Source of the DNA: an uncultured Spirochaetota bacterium
GTDB lineage: Bacteria > Spirochaetota > B62-G9 > DRHN01
Reading direction: 5' to 3'
Length of the DNA: 64,000 nt
Assembly (NCBI GenBank): GCA_964424795.1
Contig: CAYRKG010000020.1
Coordinates: forward strand, 2,643 to 66,642
Numbering within the stretch: the first letter of the stretch is position 1; each line of letters starts with the position of its first letter. The notes under the pieces are model-generated. The model was not told where the DNA came from. It worked only from the letters and a program-made list of their open reading frames with translations, and made no database searches. Positions 38,495 to 48,078 of the stretch are shown piece after piece. The position numbers and the translations under genes were made by a program.

Positions 38495-39103
38495 ATGAAA
38501 AAATCTTTTCTGATCTTTACAATCATTTCACTGGCATTTACGTTTGTAACTCTGAATGCTTCAGCATCTATAAGGTTTGCGCCCTCTTTGGATTTTTTCA
38601 ACAAACAGATTGCCATGAATAATCCAGACCCGAAAGATTCTGAACAGTCACCTATTGATGCAGTAAAAGACCTTCATGTTACAGGGGATCCTCAGGATGT
38701 GGATATCGAAACCTGGAGACTACAGGTAAAGGGATCCAAAGTAAAAAACCCCCTTGCTCTTAAATACCAGGAACTTGAAAAGATGAAGATGGTGAAGAGG
38801 AAAGTAACCCTAGTCTGCCCTGGAGTTTTTACTGATCATGCAGAATGGGAAGGAGTTCCCCTGTCCATCATCCTTGAAAAAGCAGGAGTATCAAATGATT
38901 ATACTAAAATTGGTTTTCGCTCCATTGATGGATATTCTAGAAGCTTACGTAAAGATGAAATTGAGGAGAATCTCATATTCCTCGCCTTAAAGGTCAATGG
39001 GGTAACTCTGCCTAAAGAACATGGATATCCTTTAAGGCTTGTGGCTGAAAATATCACAGGAAGTGTATGGGTAAAGTGGATATATGAAATTGAGGTAGAT
39101 TGA
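38495..39103 (+). CDS. Exported molybdopterin-binding oxidoreductase-domain (sulfite-oxidase-fold / MsrP-like) protein
   Basis: Signal peptide, WRLQVKGSKVKNPLALKYQEL, CPGVF..WEGVPLSIILEKAGV, and EHGYPLRLVAENITGSVWVKWI. I place the start at the ATG at 38495. Confidence 0.65.
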   Translation: MKKSFLIFTIISLAFTFVTLNASASIRFAPSLDFFNKQIAMNNPDPKDSEQSPIDAVKDLHVTGDPQDVDIETWRLQVKGSKVKNPLALKYQELEKMKMVKRKVTLVCPGVFTDHAEWEGVPLSIILEKAGVSNDYTKIGFRSIDGYSRSLRKDEIEENLIFLALKVNGVTLPKEHGYPLRLVAENITGSVWVKWIYEIEVD

Positions 39104-39231
39104 TATATCCTCAGCAATTTAAAATTTCATCCATACAAAATCATAAAATCTTCGAAAGCCTTTCATGATAATTATCCTTGATTATTGATAAAATAACTGC
39201 AAAATTTACAATATACAAAAGGAGGTCTTTA

Positions 39232-39549
39232 ATGAGTTTCTTGGATAGGATGAAGGATGCATTAGAAAAAGGAGTTACAGCTTCAAAGGAAGTTTTGGGC
39301 AAAACAAAGGAGAAGGCAAAGGATCTAAGTGAAAAGGGAGCTTTAAAGATATCGATAATGAAGCTTGAGAAAAAGGCTGAAAAACGATTTACCCTTATTG
39401 GCACAAGTGTTTATGAAATTCTTATTAAAAAAGGCCAGAAAACAGTCTCAAAGAGTACACCAGAGATAAAGAAGCTCCTTCAAGAAGTTGTAGATATTGA
39501 GAAGAGCATTGATGAACAGGAAGAAGCTCTGAAAAATGTCGGTAGTTGA
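39232..39549 (+). CDS. Small coiled-coil protein, unknown function
   Basis: 105 aa, Lys/Glu-rich. ATG at 39232 with an AAAGGAGG RBS (track start 39178 is unlikely). Confidence 0.5.
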   Translation: MSFLDRMKDALEKGVTASKEVLGKTKEKAKDLSEKGALKISIMKLEKKAEKRFTLIGTSVYEILIKKGQKTVSKSTPEIKKLLQEVVDIEKSIDEQEEALKNVGS

Positions 39550-39641
39550 AAAAGACAGATTAAGGATTATAGGACATCTCGCAAATCTGCTAATTTATTT
39601 TTTTAATCTTTATGTACATAAACTCAAAATAAACTAAGAGA

Positions 39642-41084
39642 ATGCTGAATGTTAAGATATTGAAAAGGATTAAGATTTTCTTTTACCTGCCTCTGATTGT
39701 ACTTCTGAGCACCTGCAGCAGTTTAAATAAAGATAAAACTCCCCTTATACCCCCTGTATCAAAGGCTCGGGTTTTAACTCAAGAAAGGATAACCCTCAAT
39801 CTTGGAAGTAAAAATAGCCTTTTTCTTGAGGAGCTTTCCAATGGCCTGAAGGTATTGATTTTAGAAATGCCATCTTCTCCAATCAGCTATGGAATGATCG
39901 CTGTACAGGTGGGTGGAAGATATGAACCTGACAGTTATGCAGGTATATCTCATCTTCTGGAACATATGCTCTTTAAGGAAAAAGATGATTTTAAGCCATT
40001 GACAGTGATACGGGAATCAGGGGGCAGTGTGAATGCTATTACTGATTTTGAACTTACCAAATTCTATTTTACAGTACTCCCTGAGCACTTTGATGAGGCT
40101 ATGCGCGCTCTATCCTGTATGGTAATTGATCCTCACTTTGACGAAAAAGACTTGATTACAGAAAAAGAGGTCGTTTTGGAAGAGCTTGCGATGGGAAAAA
40201 ACGACCCCAGGACTGCAGTGCTTCCAGCGCTGGTAAAGAAGATATTTCCTGAGTCATCTCTTGCAAATCTCGTTATCGGTAATAAAAAATCGATTCAGAG
40301 GATATCCTATACTGATCTGAAGAATTTCTATAACGCTTACTATGCGCCTGATAATATGGTGGTAGTGGCAGCAGGCAATATAAGAGCAGAAAAAACAGTG
40401 GAGTATCTGAAAACTCTATTTGGAAATGAAGTTCGGCGTCCTGTTCCTGAAAAGACCTTTGAAATTCCTGAGATAGCGATAAACAAACTGAACAGGAAGA
40501 TACCCATTAATCAGGCATTCTATATAGTAGGAGCTCTTGTTCCCGGTAAATCATCAGAAGATTTCTATGCCATGAAAGTGCTCGATCTTATCCTTGGTTC
40601 CGGTGTTAATTCAAGGCTATATAACAGGATAGTTATGGATGAAGGATTTACAGATGAACTCTATCCATACTGGTTTTCCCTCTCTGATACAGGGATGTGG
40701 GCTGTATTCTTAAGCTTAAACCCTGAGGATATGTCGAAGGTATCATTGATTGCAGATGAAGAAATTACTTACATAAAAAAAGGACATTTCAGCATAGATG
40801 AGCTAGCCAATGCAAAAAAAGCGCTTATTTCCAGATCTATCATCGAGCTTGATAAACCAGAAGATATTGCCCGTTTTGAACTTGAAAACCTGGTTTTCAG
40901 GGAAAAGGTTCTTTCTGTCCAGGAATATATAGAGACACTAAAAGGTGTAAGCAAACAGGATATTATCAATACAGCTAATAGATATTTTACACCTGAAAAT
41001 ATCATAACCATTGAACTTGAGCCTGCAGATGTCCCATATAAATGGTTTCTTATGCTCAAGTATCTCCTGACAGAGGAATTGTGA
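39642..41084 (+). CDS. M16-family zinc peptidase (active subunit)
   Basis: HLLEHMLF is the inverted zincin motif HxxEH. Lipoprotein-like signal (LLSTCSS). Confidence 0.85.
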   Translation: MLNVKILKRIKIFFYLPLIVLLSTCSSLNKDKTPLIPPVSKARVLTQERITLNLGSKNSLFLEELSNGLKVLILEMPSSPISYGMIAVQVGGRYEPDSYAGISHLLEHMLFKEKDDFKPLTVIRESGGSVNAITDFELTKFYFTVLPEHFDEAMRALSCMVIDPHFDEKDLITEKEVVLEELAMGKNDPRTAVLPALVKKIFPESSLANLVIGNKKSIQRISYTDLKNFYNAYYAPDNMVVVAAGNIRAEKTVEYLKTLFGNEVRRPVPEKTFEIPEIAINKLNRKIPINQAFYIVGALVPGKSSEDFYAMKVLDLILGSGVNSRLYNRIVMDEGFTDELYPYWFSLSDTGMWAVFLSLNPEDMSKVSLIADEEITYIKKGHFSIDELANAKKALISRSIIELDKPEDIARFELENLVFREKVLSVQEYIETLKGVSKQDIINTANRYFTPENIITIELEPADVPYKWFLMLKYLLTEEL

Positions 41085-42364
41085 TGAAAAGGATAATAAT
41101 TTTTTTTGTAATCAGCTTTTTTATATTTATAACATCTATCTTTGGCCAAACTAACCAGTATCAACTCACAAACGGTATAACTCTCCTTTTATCTGAGAGT
41201 AAAGAGACAAATCTAATCGGTATCTGTATTATTGTTTATGGAGGTACCCAGTATGAAAAAAAAGAGGAGAAGGGAACCTATCGCTTACTTACAGAGATAC
41301 TGCAGAGAGGAACTATAAACAGAACAAAGGATGAAATAATAAAGGAGATCTCCCTTATCGGAGATTCCTTTGAAGCCTATACAAGAACAGAGTACTGGGG
41401 TATCAGTGCAACAGTACCGCAGGCCTCTTTAAAACAGCTCCTTGAACTCTCCCGTGATCTACTAATAAAGCCTCTACTCCCAGAAGAGGAATTAAAAAAG
41501 GTTAAAAATATAGCAGTCCAATCTATAAAGAGCTCTGAGAATTCACCGTGGAGTAACATGTCTGAGTTCTATCGATCTGTATTCTATCCAGATTTCTATA
41601 TCAAAAGAGAAGAAAGGATAAAACATATACAGGATGTAGAAAGAAATACTCTCTTAAAGATATATCACAAATTCTTCACACCCGAGAATATGATTATTTC
41701 AATCTCAGGAAATTTTGAAACTGACAATACTTTGAACCTCGTAAAAGACATTTTCGGCACTATTCCTCAGTGTGAGATATCATTTGAGAAAAGGTTAATA
41801 GCCCAAAAAAAGGATAGCCTCCCTACATATAAAGAGAAAAGGGGTGGTGTTACACAGGCTGGAATCCTTATAGGAACAAGGCTCTATGACTTCGACAGAA
41901 GTAATGAACATATAATCATGGTTCTGAATGCTGTACTGGATAATTCTCTAGGAGGGAGACTCTTTGAGGAGGTGAGAGAGAAAAAGGGACTTGTCTACAG
42001 TATAGCACCTTACTACTCCCTGAGCATCATGCCCTATACCTGGTTCATATTCAGTACCGCAAGGAAGAAAAACACATCCTCTGTTATAAAGGAGATAGAC
42101 AAGGTCCTAAAAGATCTCAAGAAAAATCCACCCTCAGAGGATGAATTGAAATTAGCCAAGGAATATTTAAAAACTAAACTTGCAATCTCGTATCAATCAC
42201 CCGCCCTGGTGGCCCAGTACAATGCTCAAAACCTTTTACGTAATCTAAAGCCAAAGAGCCTATCCGAAAGATTAAAAGAAACTGAGGATGTATCAATTAA
42301 AGACCTCGATTCTTTTATCAATACCTACTTTTCAGAGAAATGGACAACGCTTGTGCTCAGGTAA
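41084..42364 (+). CDS. M16-family peptidase-like protein (no HxxEH motif, probably the non-catalytic partner)
   Basis: M16 fold-like sequence that lacks the zinc motif (YRLLTEILQRG at the equivalent place). The ATG at 41084 overlaps the upstream TGA (ATGA coupling). Confidence 0.8.
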   Translation: MKRIIIFFVISFFIFITSIFGQTNQYQLTNGITLLLSESKETNLIGICIIVYGGTQYEKKEEKGTYRLLTEILQRGTINRTKDEIIKEISLIGDSFEAYTRTEYWGISATVPQASLKQLLELSRDLLIKPLLPEEELKKVKNIAVQSIKSSENSPWSNMSEFYRSVFYPDFYIKREERIKHIQDVERNTLLKIYHKFFTPENMIISISGNFETDNTLNLVKDIFGTIPQCEISFEKRLIAQKKDSLPTYKEKRGGVTQAGILIGTRLYDFDRSNEHIIMVLNAVLDNSLGGRLFEEVREKKGLVYSIAPYYSLSIMPYTWFIFSTARKKNTSSVIKEIDKVLKDLKKNPPSEDELKLAKEYLKTKLAISYQSPALVAQYNAQNLLRNLKPKSLSERLKETEDVSIKDLDSFINTYFSEKWTTLVLR

Positions 42365-42562
42365 TTGGTTTCTGGTGAATGATTCACCAATAAATTGGTG
42401 TCTTGGCGCCAATAGACTGGCGAGGATGTACCAGAACCTGCGTTCTTCGAATGTACCAAGTTCTTAAACTTGGCAAGTTCTTGAACTTGGCAAGTTCATT
42501 GGGAATTGTCTATACTTCAAAAGCTAGTAATATTTAGCCGTATACATTTTAGAACTAATTAA
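42362..42562. repeat. Palindromic intergenic element B (same family as 8004-8252 and 54685-54827)
   Basis: Left end TAATTGGTTTCTGGTGAATGATTCACCAATAAATTGG (42362-42398, containing the palindrome TGGTGAAT-g-ATTCACCA). Right end AGAACTAATTAA (42551-42562). Inside is a 2.5-copy 17-bp tandem TTCTTrAACTTGGCAAG (42461-42503). Confidence 0.5.
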
Positions 42563-42765
42563 ACGTTCATAATTGCAACCACAGCAGGACCAGCCTTTTC
42601 CACAACACTCACCACAGCACTGGAATAGGCATCAAGTAATTCTTCATCACTCTTTCCCTGGCTATCTTGATCTGTAACTGTAATTTGCTCAGGGCTGACT
42701 TTATTTTCGGAAATAAGTTCAAGAAGCAATTCTGAGCCCTGATAATTTTGCCTTTTAGCAGCCAT
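42559..42765 (-). pseudogene. N-terminal fragment of an HtrA/DegP-type serine protease gene
   Basis: The 68-aa ORF ends ...EELLDAYSSAVVSVVEKAGPAVVAIMNV*. This is the stretch that precedes the catalytic His block in S1C proteases. No protease domain follows. Confidence 0.5.
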
Positions 42766-42956
42766 CTTATACTCCTGTTGCTTCTAGCTTAAAATCTATA
42801 TTCCCTTATTAAAAAGAAAGAAAGATGTTTCAAATTGTTATGAATAATTGATAATTAGCCAGCAGGTTACGGGGCTTTCTCCATTACCTATACTATCTAA
42901 AAATTATGATCTTTTATGAAGCTTAATGGTTTATTGATTGGGCCATATTACATAGC

Positions 42957-43481
42957 TCAGCCTAGTAATTCTTTCCGCACTTTCAATAGATAACTCTCAA
43001 TCGATGATAAGGTTAGGTTTTTCAATTTTTCCAGCTCAGAATCACCTATTTTTACCTGAAATGCCTTCAATAATTTTTTGTAAACCAGAATGTTCGGGAT
43101 GTATTCCCCATTTTTAAAGATCTCTTCTTCATCCAGATGATAAAACTTTGATAAGGCAGCAGCAATTCCGGCACTTCGCGATACACCGACTTCACACTGG
43201 CAGATTATTACATTGACTTTTTCATTCTTCTGAACAAATTCCTTAATTTGTTTTGCATGACCATCAGTAAAGTGCAAGTATCCAATTACCGGCCTCTCGA
43301 TATCATAAAACTTTAACTGTAAAATTCCTCTGCAGTATCTATTATCCGGTATCTTAATAAAATGTTCACCAGGTGAGGTTACAGAAATCAGGATAAAATC
43401 TTCATCAATCTCCTTTACAAAATTTACGACCTCTCTCTCACCTTTGATAATGATCCTTTTCAATTTAACCCCTATTAACAA
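42957..43481 (-). CDS. Cys-based phosphatase-like protein (CX5R motif; COG5350-like predicted protein tyrosine phosphatase)
   Basis: VIICQCEVGVSRSAGIAAAL contains C-E-V-G-V-S-R (CX5R followed by S). About 170 aa. TTG start. Confidence 0.5.
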   Translation of the reverse strand: MLIGVKLKRIIIKGEREVVNFVKEIDEDFILISVTSPGEHFIKIPDNRYCRGILQLKFYDIERPVIGYLHFTDGHAKQIKEFVQKNEKVNVIICQCEVGVSRSAGIAAALSKFYHLDEEEIFKNGEYIPNILVYKKLLKAFQVKIGDSELEKLKNLTLSSIESYLLKVRKELLG

Positions 43482-43687
43482 CCTTTTTGTTATAATAAAG
43501 ATAAATTCAGTCTTTATATGAGTAAAGAAGAAAAGCTTCTGTTTAACCTATCAGTGAGTCTTCGAAAATTTGATATATAAATAATCTTTAGAATACTTCA
43601 GTACTCTCAGTTCAAAAAAATCCTTGATAACATGGAATCATAAGATAAGTAAAAGAATTAAAACTGAATGGCGATTTTCAAAAAATG

Positions 43688-45067
43688 TTACGTTTCTAAA
43701 TTATCTGTGTAAAGCATTATGCGCATTTTAAGCCCATTTTCTACCTGTGATGCCTCAAGTAATCCATTATGATTTTCTATGATCTTTTTTGTGATGGAAA
43801 GTCCCAGACCTGTTCCAGAGGCTTCTGATTTTTTAACCCGGTAGAAAGGCTCGAAAATCCTTTTTAAATCTTCCTCATATAAAGGCTCATGATTGTTAAA
43901 AATAGTGATCTCTATTCCATCTATCCTCTTCAATATCCTGAACTCAATTTTTCCATAGTGTGGAGTAAACTTAACAGCATTGTCAAGAAGATTTGAAAGC
44001 GCAACCTGGATATCCTCATGGTCAGAATAGAGCAAAATTGGCTTTTGCGGAATGTCCATTTCTAACAGTATATACTTGTGTTGAATGGACTGTGAAAATT
44101 TCTTTATAAGGCCTCTGGCAATCTCTGTGATATCCACCTCTTCCATCTTTTTGGATCCCTTTTTCACATCGAGTTTTGATAGCTTCAATACCTGACCAAT
44201 AAGACGATCCATTTCTTCGATCTCATCCTCTACTGATTTTAAGTGCCTTTCAAATTCAACCTTATCAAGCTTTTCAAGATTTTCCATAAGAAGCTCTTTT
44301 TCGACACGTATCCTGGCAAGGGGGGAGCGAAGCTCATGCGATATATTGGCAGTAAGTTCTCTCATTCCAATTACCATTCTCTCGATCTTTTCAGCCATGC
44401 TGTTGAATGCTTTGACAAGATCTCCGATTTCATCCTTCCCTTTTGCCGTCGCTCTCCCGGAAAGATCACCGTCTGCAATCCTGAGTACTGATTGGCGAAG
44501 GCCTTCCAGAGGCCGGGTAATGTAACGTGAAACAGGCAATAATAGAAGAGCTATTGCTAGACCTATCAAAACAAGGCCAATGGCAAAGGGTCTCTGCATA
44601 TGCCTGTTTTCAATCCTTTTAAAATCAAGGTTGAGAAAGCCTTCTTCATTCCCAGGAAGGTCCAGAGGAATACTGATAAAGTGGGATGCATACCTATTAA
44701 CATAGAAGTGCCTCAATCTCTTCATCCTTTTCATGTAAATAACTGCGGCTTCTCCCTCAAAAGAGCGTACCAGTACTCTATTATCCTGAGAGGTAATCCA
44801 GATTCTGGCATTGTACAATTGGTCTAACCTGATGAGCAATTCAAGGAGCGATTGATTCTCCGCCAGGGGTTTATCGGGCTCCCTGTTAATCCTATCTTCG
44901 ATCAATTCCTTTAATACAAAAGTATGGGCTCTTATAGAGGGAGCAAATCTGTTTCCTGTTCTTCCTATCACTGCAAATCGAAAAAAACCGAAAATCAGTA
45001 TCTCAGTAACTACCAGTATCAGGATAAAGTATAAGAATATCTTTAGGTAAAGTTTGCCAATCTTCAT
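43688..45067 (-). CDS. Sensor histidine kinase (2 TM, HAMP, HisKA, HATPase_c)
   Basis: H-box ISHELRSPLARI, N-box LLDNAVKFT and G-box GTGLGLSI. Overlaps the response regulator gene by 4 nt. Confidence 0.9.
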   Translation of the reverse strand: MKIGKLYLKIFLYFILILVVTEILIFGFFRFAVIGRTGNRFAPSIRAHTFVLKELIEDRINREPDKPLAENQSLLELLIRLDQLYNARIWITSQDNRVLVRSFEGEAAVIYMKRMKRLRHFYVNRYASHFISIPLDLPGNEEGFLNLDFKRIENRHMQRPFAIGLVLIGLAIALLLLPVSRYITRPLEGLRQSVLRIADGDLSGRATAKGKDEIGDLVKAFNSMAEKIERMVIGMRELTANISHELRSPLARIRVEKELLMENLEKLDKVEFERHLKSVEDEIEEMDRLIGQVLKLSKLDVKKGSKKMEEVDITEIARGLIKKFSQSIQHKYILLEMDIPQKPILLYSDHEDIQVALSNLLDNAVKFTPHYGKIEFRILKRIDGIEITIFNNHEPLYEEDLKRIFEPFYRVKKSEASGTGLGLSITKKIIENHNGLLEASQVENGLKMRIMLYTDNLET

Positions 45068-45753
45068 AATCTTTCCATAAACATATAGCCTGAGCCCCAG
45101 ATGGTTTTTATCCGCTTCCGGGATTCTAAAATGGTTTCAAGCTTTCTTCTCAGTCTGCTGATGTGAACATCAATACTACGATCAAATGCCAATAGCTCTC
45201 TTCCACGAGAAAAAATCATAAGTTGATCACGGCTTATCACTGTGTTTGGCCTTTCCATCATCGCTTCCAGGATTTTATATTCTGTAGTAGAGAGCTCAAC
45301 CTCTCTGCCCTTCTTCAATAGAGTTTGCTTTGAACGGTTTAATATAAGCTCTCCAGACCTTATAAAGCTTCTTTCTTCACGTTCTTCTTTTTGATGCCTT
45401 CGTAAAATCGCCTTCATCCTTGCGAGAAGCTCTCTTGGATTGAAGGGTTTGGGTAGATAATCATCAGCACCAAGCTCCAGTCCTATAATCCTGTCCATAT
45501 CTTCACCACGAGCAGTAAGCATAATTACCGGAACTGTGAAAGAACGCCTTATCTCCTTGAGTACTTCTAATCCATCCTTATCGGGCAACATTATGTCCAG
45601 AATCAAGATATCTGGGTCTTCACTTCGGATAACATCTATTACATGAGCCCCGTTCATAAGTGATATGACATTGAAACCGTATTGCTCTAAATATTCTTTA
45701 AGAAGCTTCTGAAGCTTGGTGTCGTCATCCACAATAAGTGTGTTTTTTTTCAT
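45064..45753 (-). CDS. OmpR-family response regulator
   Basis: Receiver domain (IVDDD..., LILDIMLPDKDG, K at PKPF) plus a winged-helix C-terminus (LSTTEYKILEAM...IKTIWGSGYMF). Confidence 0.9.
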   Translation of the reverse strand: MKKNTLIVDDDTKLQKLLKEYLEQYGFNVISLMNGAHVIDVIRSEDPDILILDIMLPDKDGLEVLKEIRRSFTVPVIMLTARGEDMDRIIGLELGADDYLPKPFNPRELLARMKAILRRHQKEEREERSFIRSGELILNRSKQTLLKKGREVELSTTEYKILEAMMERPNTVISRDQLMIFSRGRELLAFDRSIDVHISRLRRKLETILESRKRIKTIWGSGYMFMERL

Positions 45754-45805
45754 TATTCATTCTCGTAATTTGAAAATAAGATTACAACAAAAAGCTGTGT
45801 TAAAT

Positions 45806-45831
45806 TTTACAATCTTTTAACACTTTTTTAC
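45806..45831. promoter_or_regulatory. Three helically phased TTTAC/TTAAC direct repeats (CpxR/OmpR-type box candidates) in a divergent promoter region
   Basis: TTTAC at 45806, TTAAC at 45817 and TTTAC at 45827. The reverse complement reads GTAAA-n5-GTTAA-n6-GTAAA. Located between the RR/HK operon and the cpxP-like gene. Confidence 0.3.
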
Positions 45832-45900
45832 TTCTTAGAAAAATTTTTTTAACAATCATACAGTATATTCACAGGTAAATCAAAGGAAAAGGAGAAGAAA

Positions 45901-46365
45901 ATGAAACTGAAGAAGATCTTGATAATTGGTTGTGGTCTCTTGCTGGTATGCGGATTAATAGTATCCTGCGGTTGTATACGACCCCATCATCACAGAATAC
46001 ATACCAGGCATTTTTCTCGGGGGTTTATGATAAGGATCGATAACCAGGTGAAGAGACTGAATCTTACTGAAAGTCAAAAGGGAAATTACAATGAGATTCG
46101 AGAAAGGATGAAAGCTGACCTTGCTCACGACATGAAGGAAATGAGAAAGTTCCCGGATGAAATCAGTGTATATCTTGATTTAGAAGATGCGGATATCAAT
46201 GAGATAGTTGATGCGTTAAAAGAGGACATCGCTGGAAAACCCAATATCCGCATGAAGTATCTTGATTACTTTGTCGAGTTATACAACATCCTTGATGAAA
46301 GGCAGAAAGATCTCCTGATAAAAGATATCAAAAAGGAGATAGACAGGCGTCACATTGGTAGATGA
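45901..46365 (+). CDS. Spy/CpxP-family periplasmic protein (LTxxQ motifs)
   Basis: Lipoprotein-type signal (LIVSCGC), a His-rich stretch, LNLTESQK (LTxxQ) and a second LDERQK motif. Divergent from the two-component system. Confidence 0.6.
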   Translation: MKLKKILIIGCGLLLVCGLIVSCGCIRPHHHRIHTRHFSRGFMIRIDNQVKRLNLTESQKGNYNEIRERMKADLAHDMKEMRKFPDEISVYLDLEDADINEIVDALKEDIAGKPNIRMKYLDYFVELYNILDERQKDLLIKDIKKEIDRRHIGR

Positions 46366-46804
46366 AACTTAATATTTCTTTTAGCTGAGAATGCTGGGGC
46401 GAGTGCCAAAACATCATTGTGAAAATGATAAATAACCTATAGAAAATATTTTCTTGCAAGCTAAAGTTTGTACCCTAAACTCCCATTCTTTGCAAAATCC
46501 TCTGCGTATTAAGATAGGGGTTTGACTATCCTTTGGAGAGTTAGCACTTTTCTCACTTTGTGAGAAAAGTGCTAAAGGGAAGAAAATCACTATTAAGGTA
46601 CTAACGCTCCTCTTTCGAGCTAAGAGGGCAAATTAGCTACGATAGTGATACGCCGAAGCTATTCTTATCTGGATGAACACTACTTTCAATCAACCTTCCT
46701 TACAGTTGCAGGATAGTTACAATAGAAAATTTGTTGTGTTATATTGATTTATCTATATACTAAATATATAATAGAGAATATTGTTACTTGAGAGGGAGCT
46801 TTAT

Positions 46805-48058
46805 ATGAAAGAAAAAAATAGATCTACCTTTGAGATGGCCCTGGAGAACTTTAATATCGCTGCGCGTAACCTCGCTCTGGATGAGAATATAGCAAAAAAG
46901 TTAAAGTATCCGGAGAGGTGCCTGATAGTATCAATTCCAGTAAAAATGGATAACGGAAGTATGGAGATTTTTGAAGGCTACCGGGTCCAGCACAGTACAC
47001 TGAAAGGGCCTGCAAAGGGCGGTGTCAGATATCATCCCACTGTAACTTTGGATGAGATAAAGGCTCTCGCAATGTGGATGACATGGAAGTGTGCTATAGT
47101 CGGAATTCCCTACGGTGGAGGAAAAGGGGGAGTCCGATGTAATCCAAAAATACTTTCCATTGGAGAGATGGAGAGGATTACCAGGCGATTCACCAGTGAG
47201 ATACTTCCCATCATAGGGCCCGAAAAGGATATTCTTGCACCGGATGTATATACGAATCCTCAGGTCATGTCATGGATAATGGATACCTATAGTATGAACA
47301 GGGGCTTCTGTGTACCAGGGGTTGTAACGGGGAAACCTGTAGAGATAGGCGGCTCTTTGGGTAGAGTCGAAGCTACCGGGAGGGGTGTATTTTACACAAT
47401 TCAGAGTGCACTCCAACACCTCAGAATGAATATGCCAAGCCTGAAGGTGGTGGTACAGGGCTTTGGGAATGTGGGCTCAGTTGCTGCACATCTTCTGGAC
47501 ACTGCTCAGACATATGTAATTGCTGTGAGTGACTCAAGTGGCTGCATCTATAATGAAAACGGCCTTGATATACCAAAACTTATTCTTTATAAAAAAAAGA
47601 CAGGAAGTGTTGTTGGATTTCGAGATTCAGAACAGATCAAACAGGAAGAACTTCTATCACTGGAATGCGATATTCTCATCCCAGCAGCACTGGAAAGTGC
47701 GATTACTATTGAAAATGCAAAAAACATAAGAGCTAAGATTATCGCTGAGGGAGCAAATGGTCCAACAACCCCTGAAGCAGATAAAGTTCTTGATAATAAT
47801 GGTATCTTCATAATACCGGATATCCTCTGTAACGCTGGAGGGGTTTCTGTTTCATATCTTGAATGGGTTCAAAATGAACAGCACCTCTTCTGGGAAGAAA
47901 AGGATGTCTTTGAAAAACTCGAGCAGATAATCAAGAATGCATTCAAACAGGTTTTAACTGTCAGCCTAGAGAAGAAGGTCCCCATGAGAATTGCAGCAAA
48001 TATGGTTGGTATAAAGAGGGTTGCAGATGCAACACAGCTAAGAGGCATATATCCGTAA
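46805..48058 (+). CDS. gdhA: Glutamate dehydrogenase (Glu/Leu/Phe/Val dehydrogenase family)
   Basis: GPAKGGVRYHP and IPYGGGKGGV (catalytic Lys block), plus a GFGNVG Rossmann motif. I place the start at the ATG at 46805 with a GAGAGGGAG RBS. Confidence 0.9.
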   Translation: MKEKNRSTFEMALENFNIAARNLALDENIAKKLKYPERCLIVSIPVKMDNGSMEIFEGYRVQHSTLKGPAKGGVRYHPTVTLDEIKALAMWMTWKCAIVGIPYGGGKGGVRCNPKILSIGEMERITRRFTSEILPIIGPEKDILAPDVYTNPQVMSWIMDTYSMNRGFCVPGVVTGKPVEIGGSLGRVEATGRGVFYTIQSALQHLRMNMPSLKVVVQGFGNVGSVAAHLLDTAQTYVIAVSDSSGCIYNENGLDIPKLILYKKKTGSVVGFRDSEQIKQEELLSLECDILIPAALESAITIENAKNIRAKIIAEGANGPTTPEADKVLDNNGIFIIPDILCNAGGVSVSYLEWVQNEQHLFWEEKDVFEKLEQIIKNAFKQVLTVSLEKKVPMRIAANMVGIKRVADATQLRGIYP

Positions 48059-48078
48059 GAGCTCAGCGCGGTTAATTT

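Noticed and set aside
46541-46575. The 16-bp hairpin as the terminator of the cpxP-like gene.
   Set aside because: It lies 175 nt downstream of the stop and lacks a U-tract on either strand. It is kept only as part of the structured-spacer finding.
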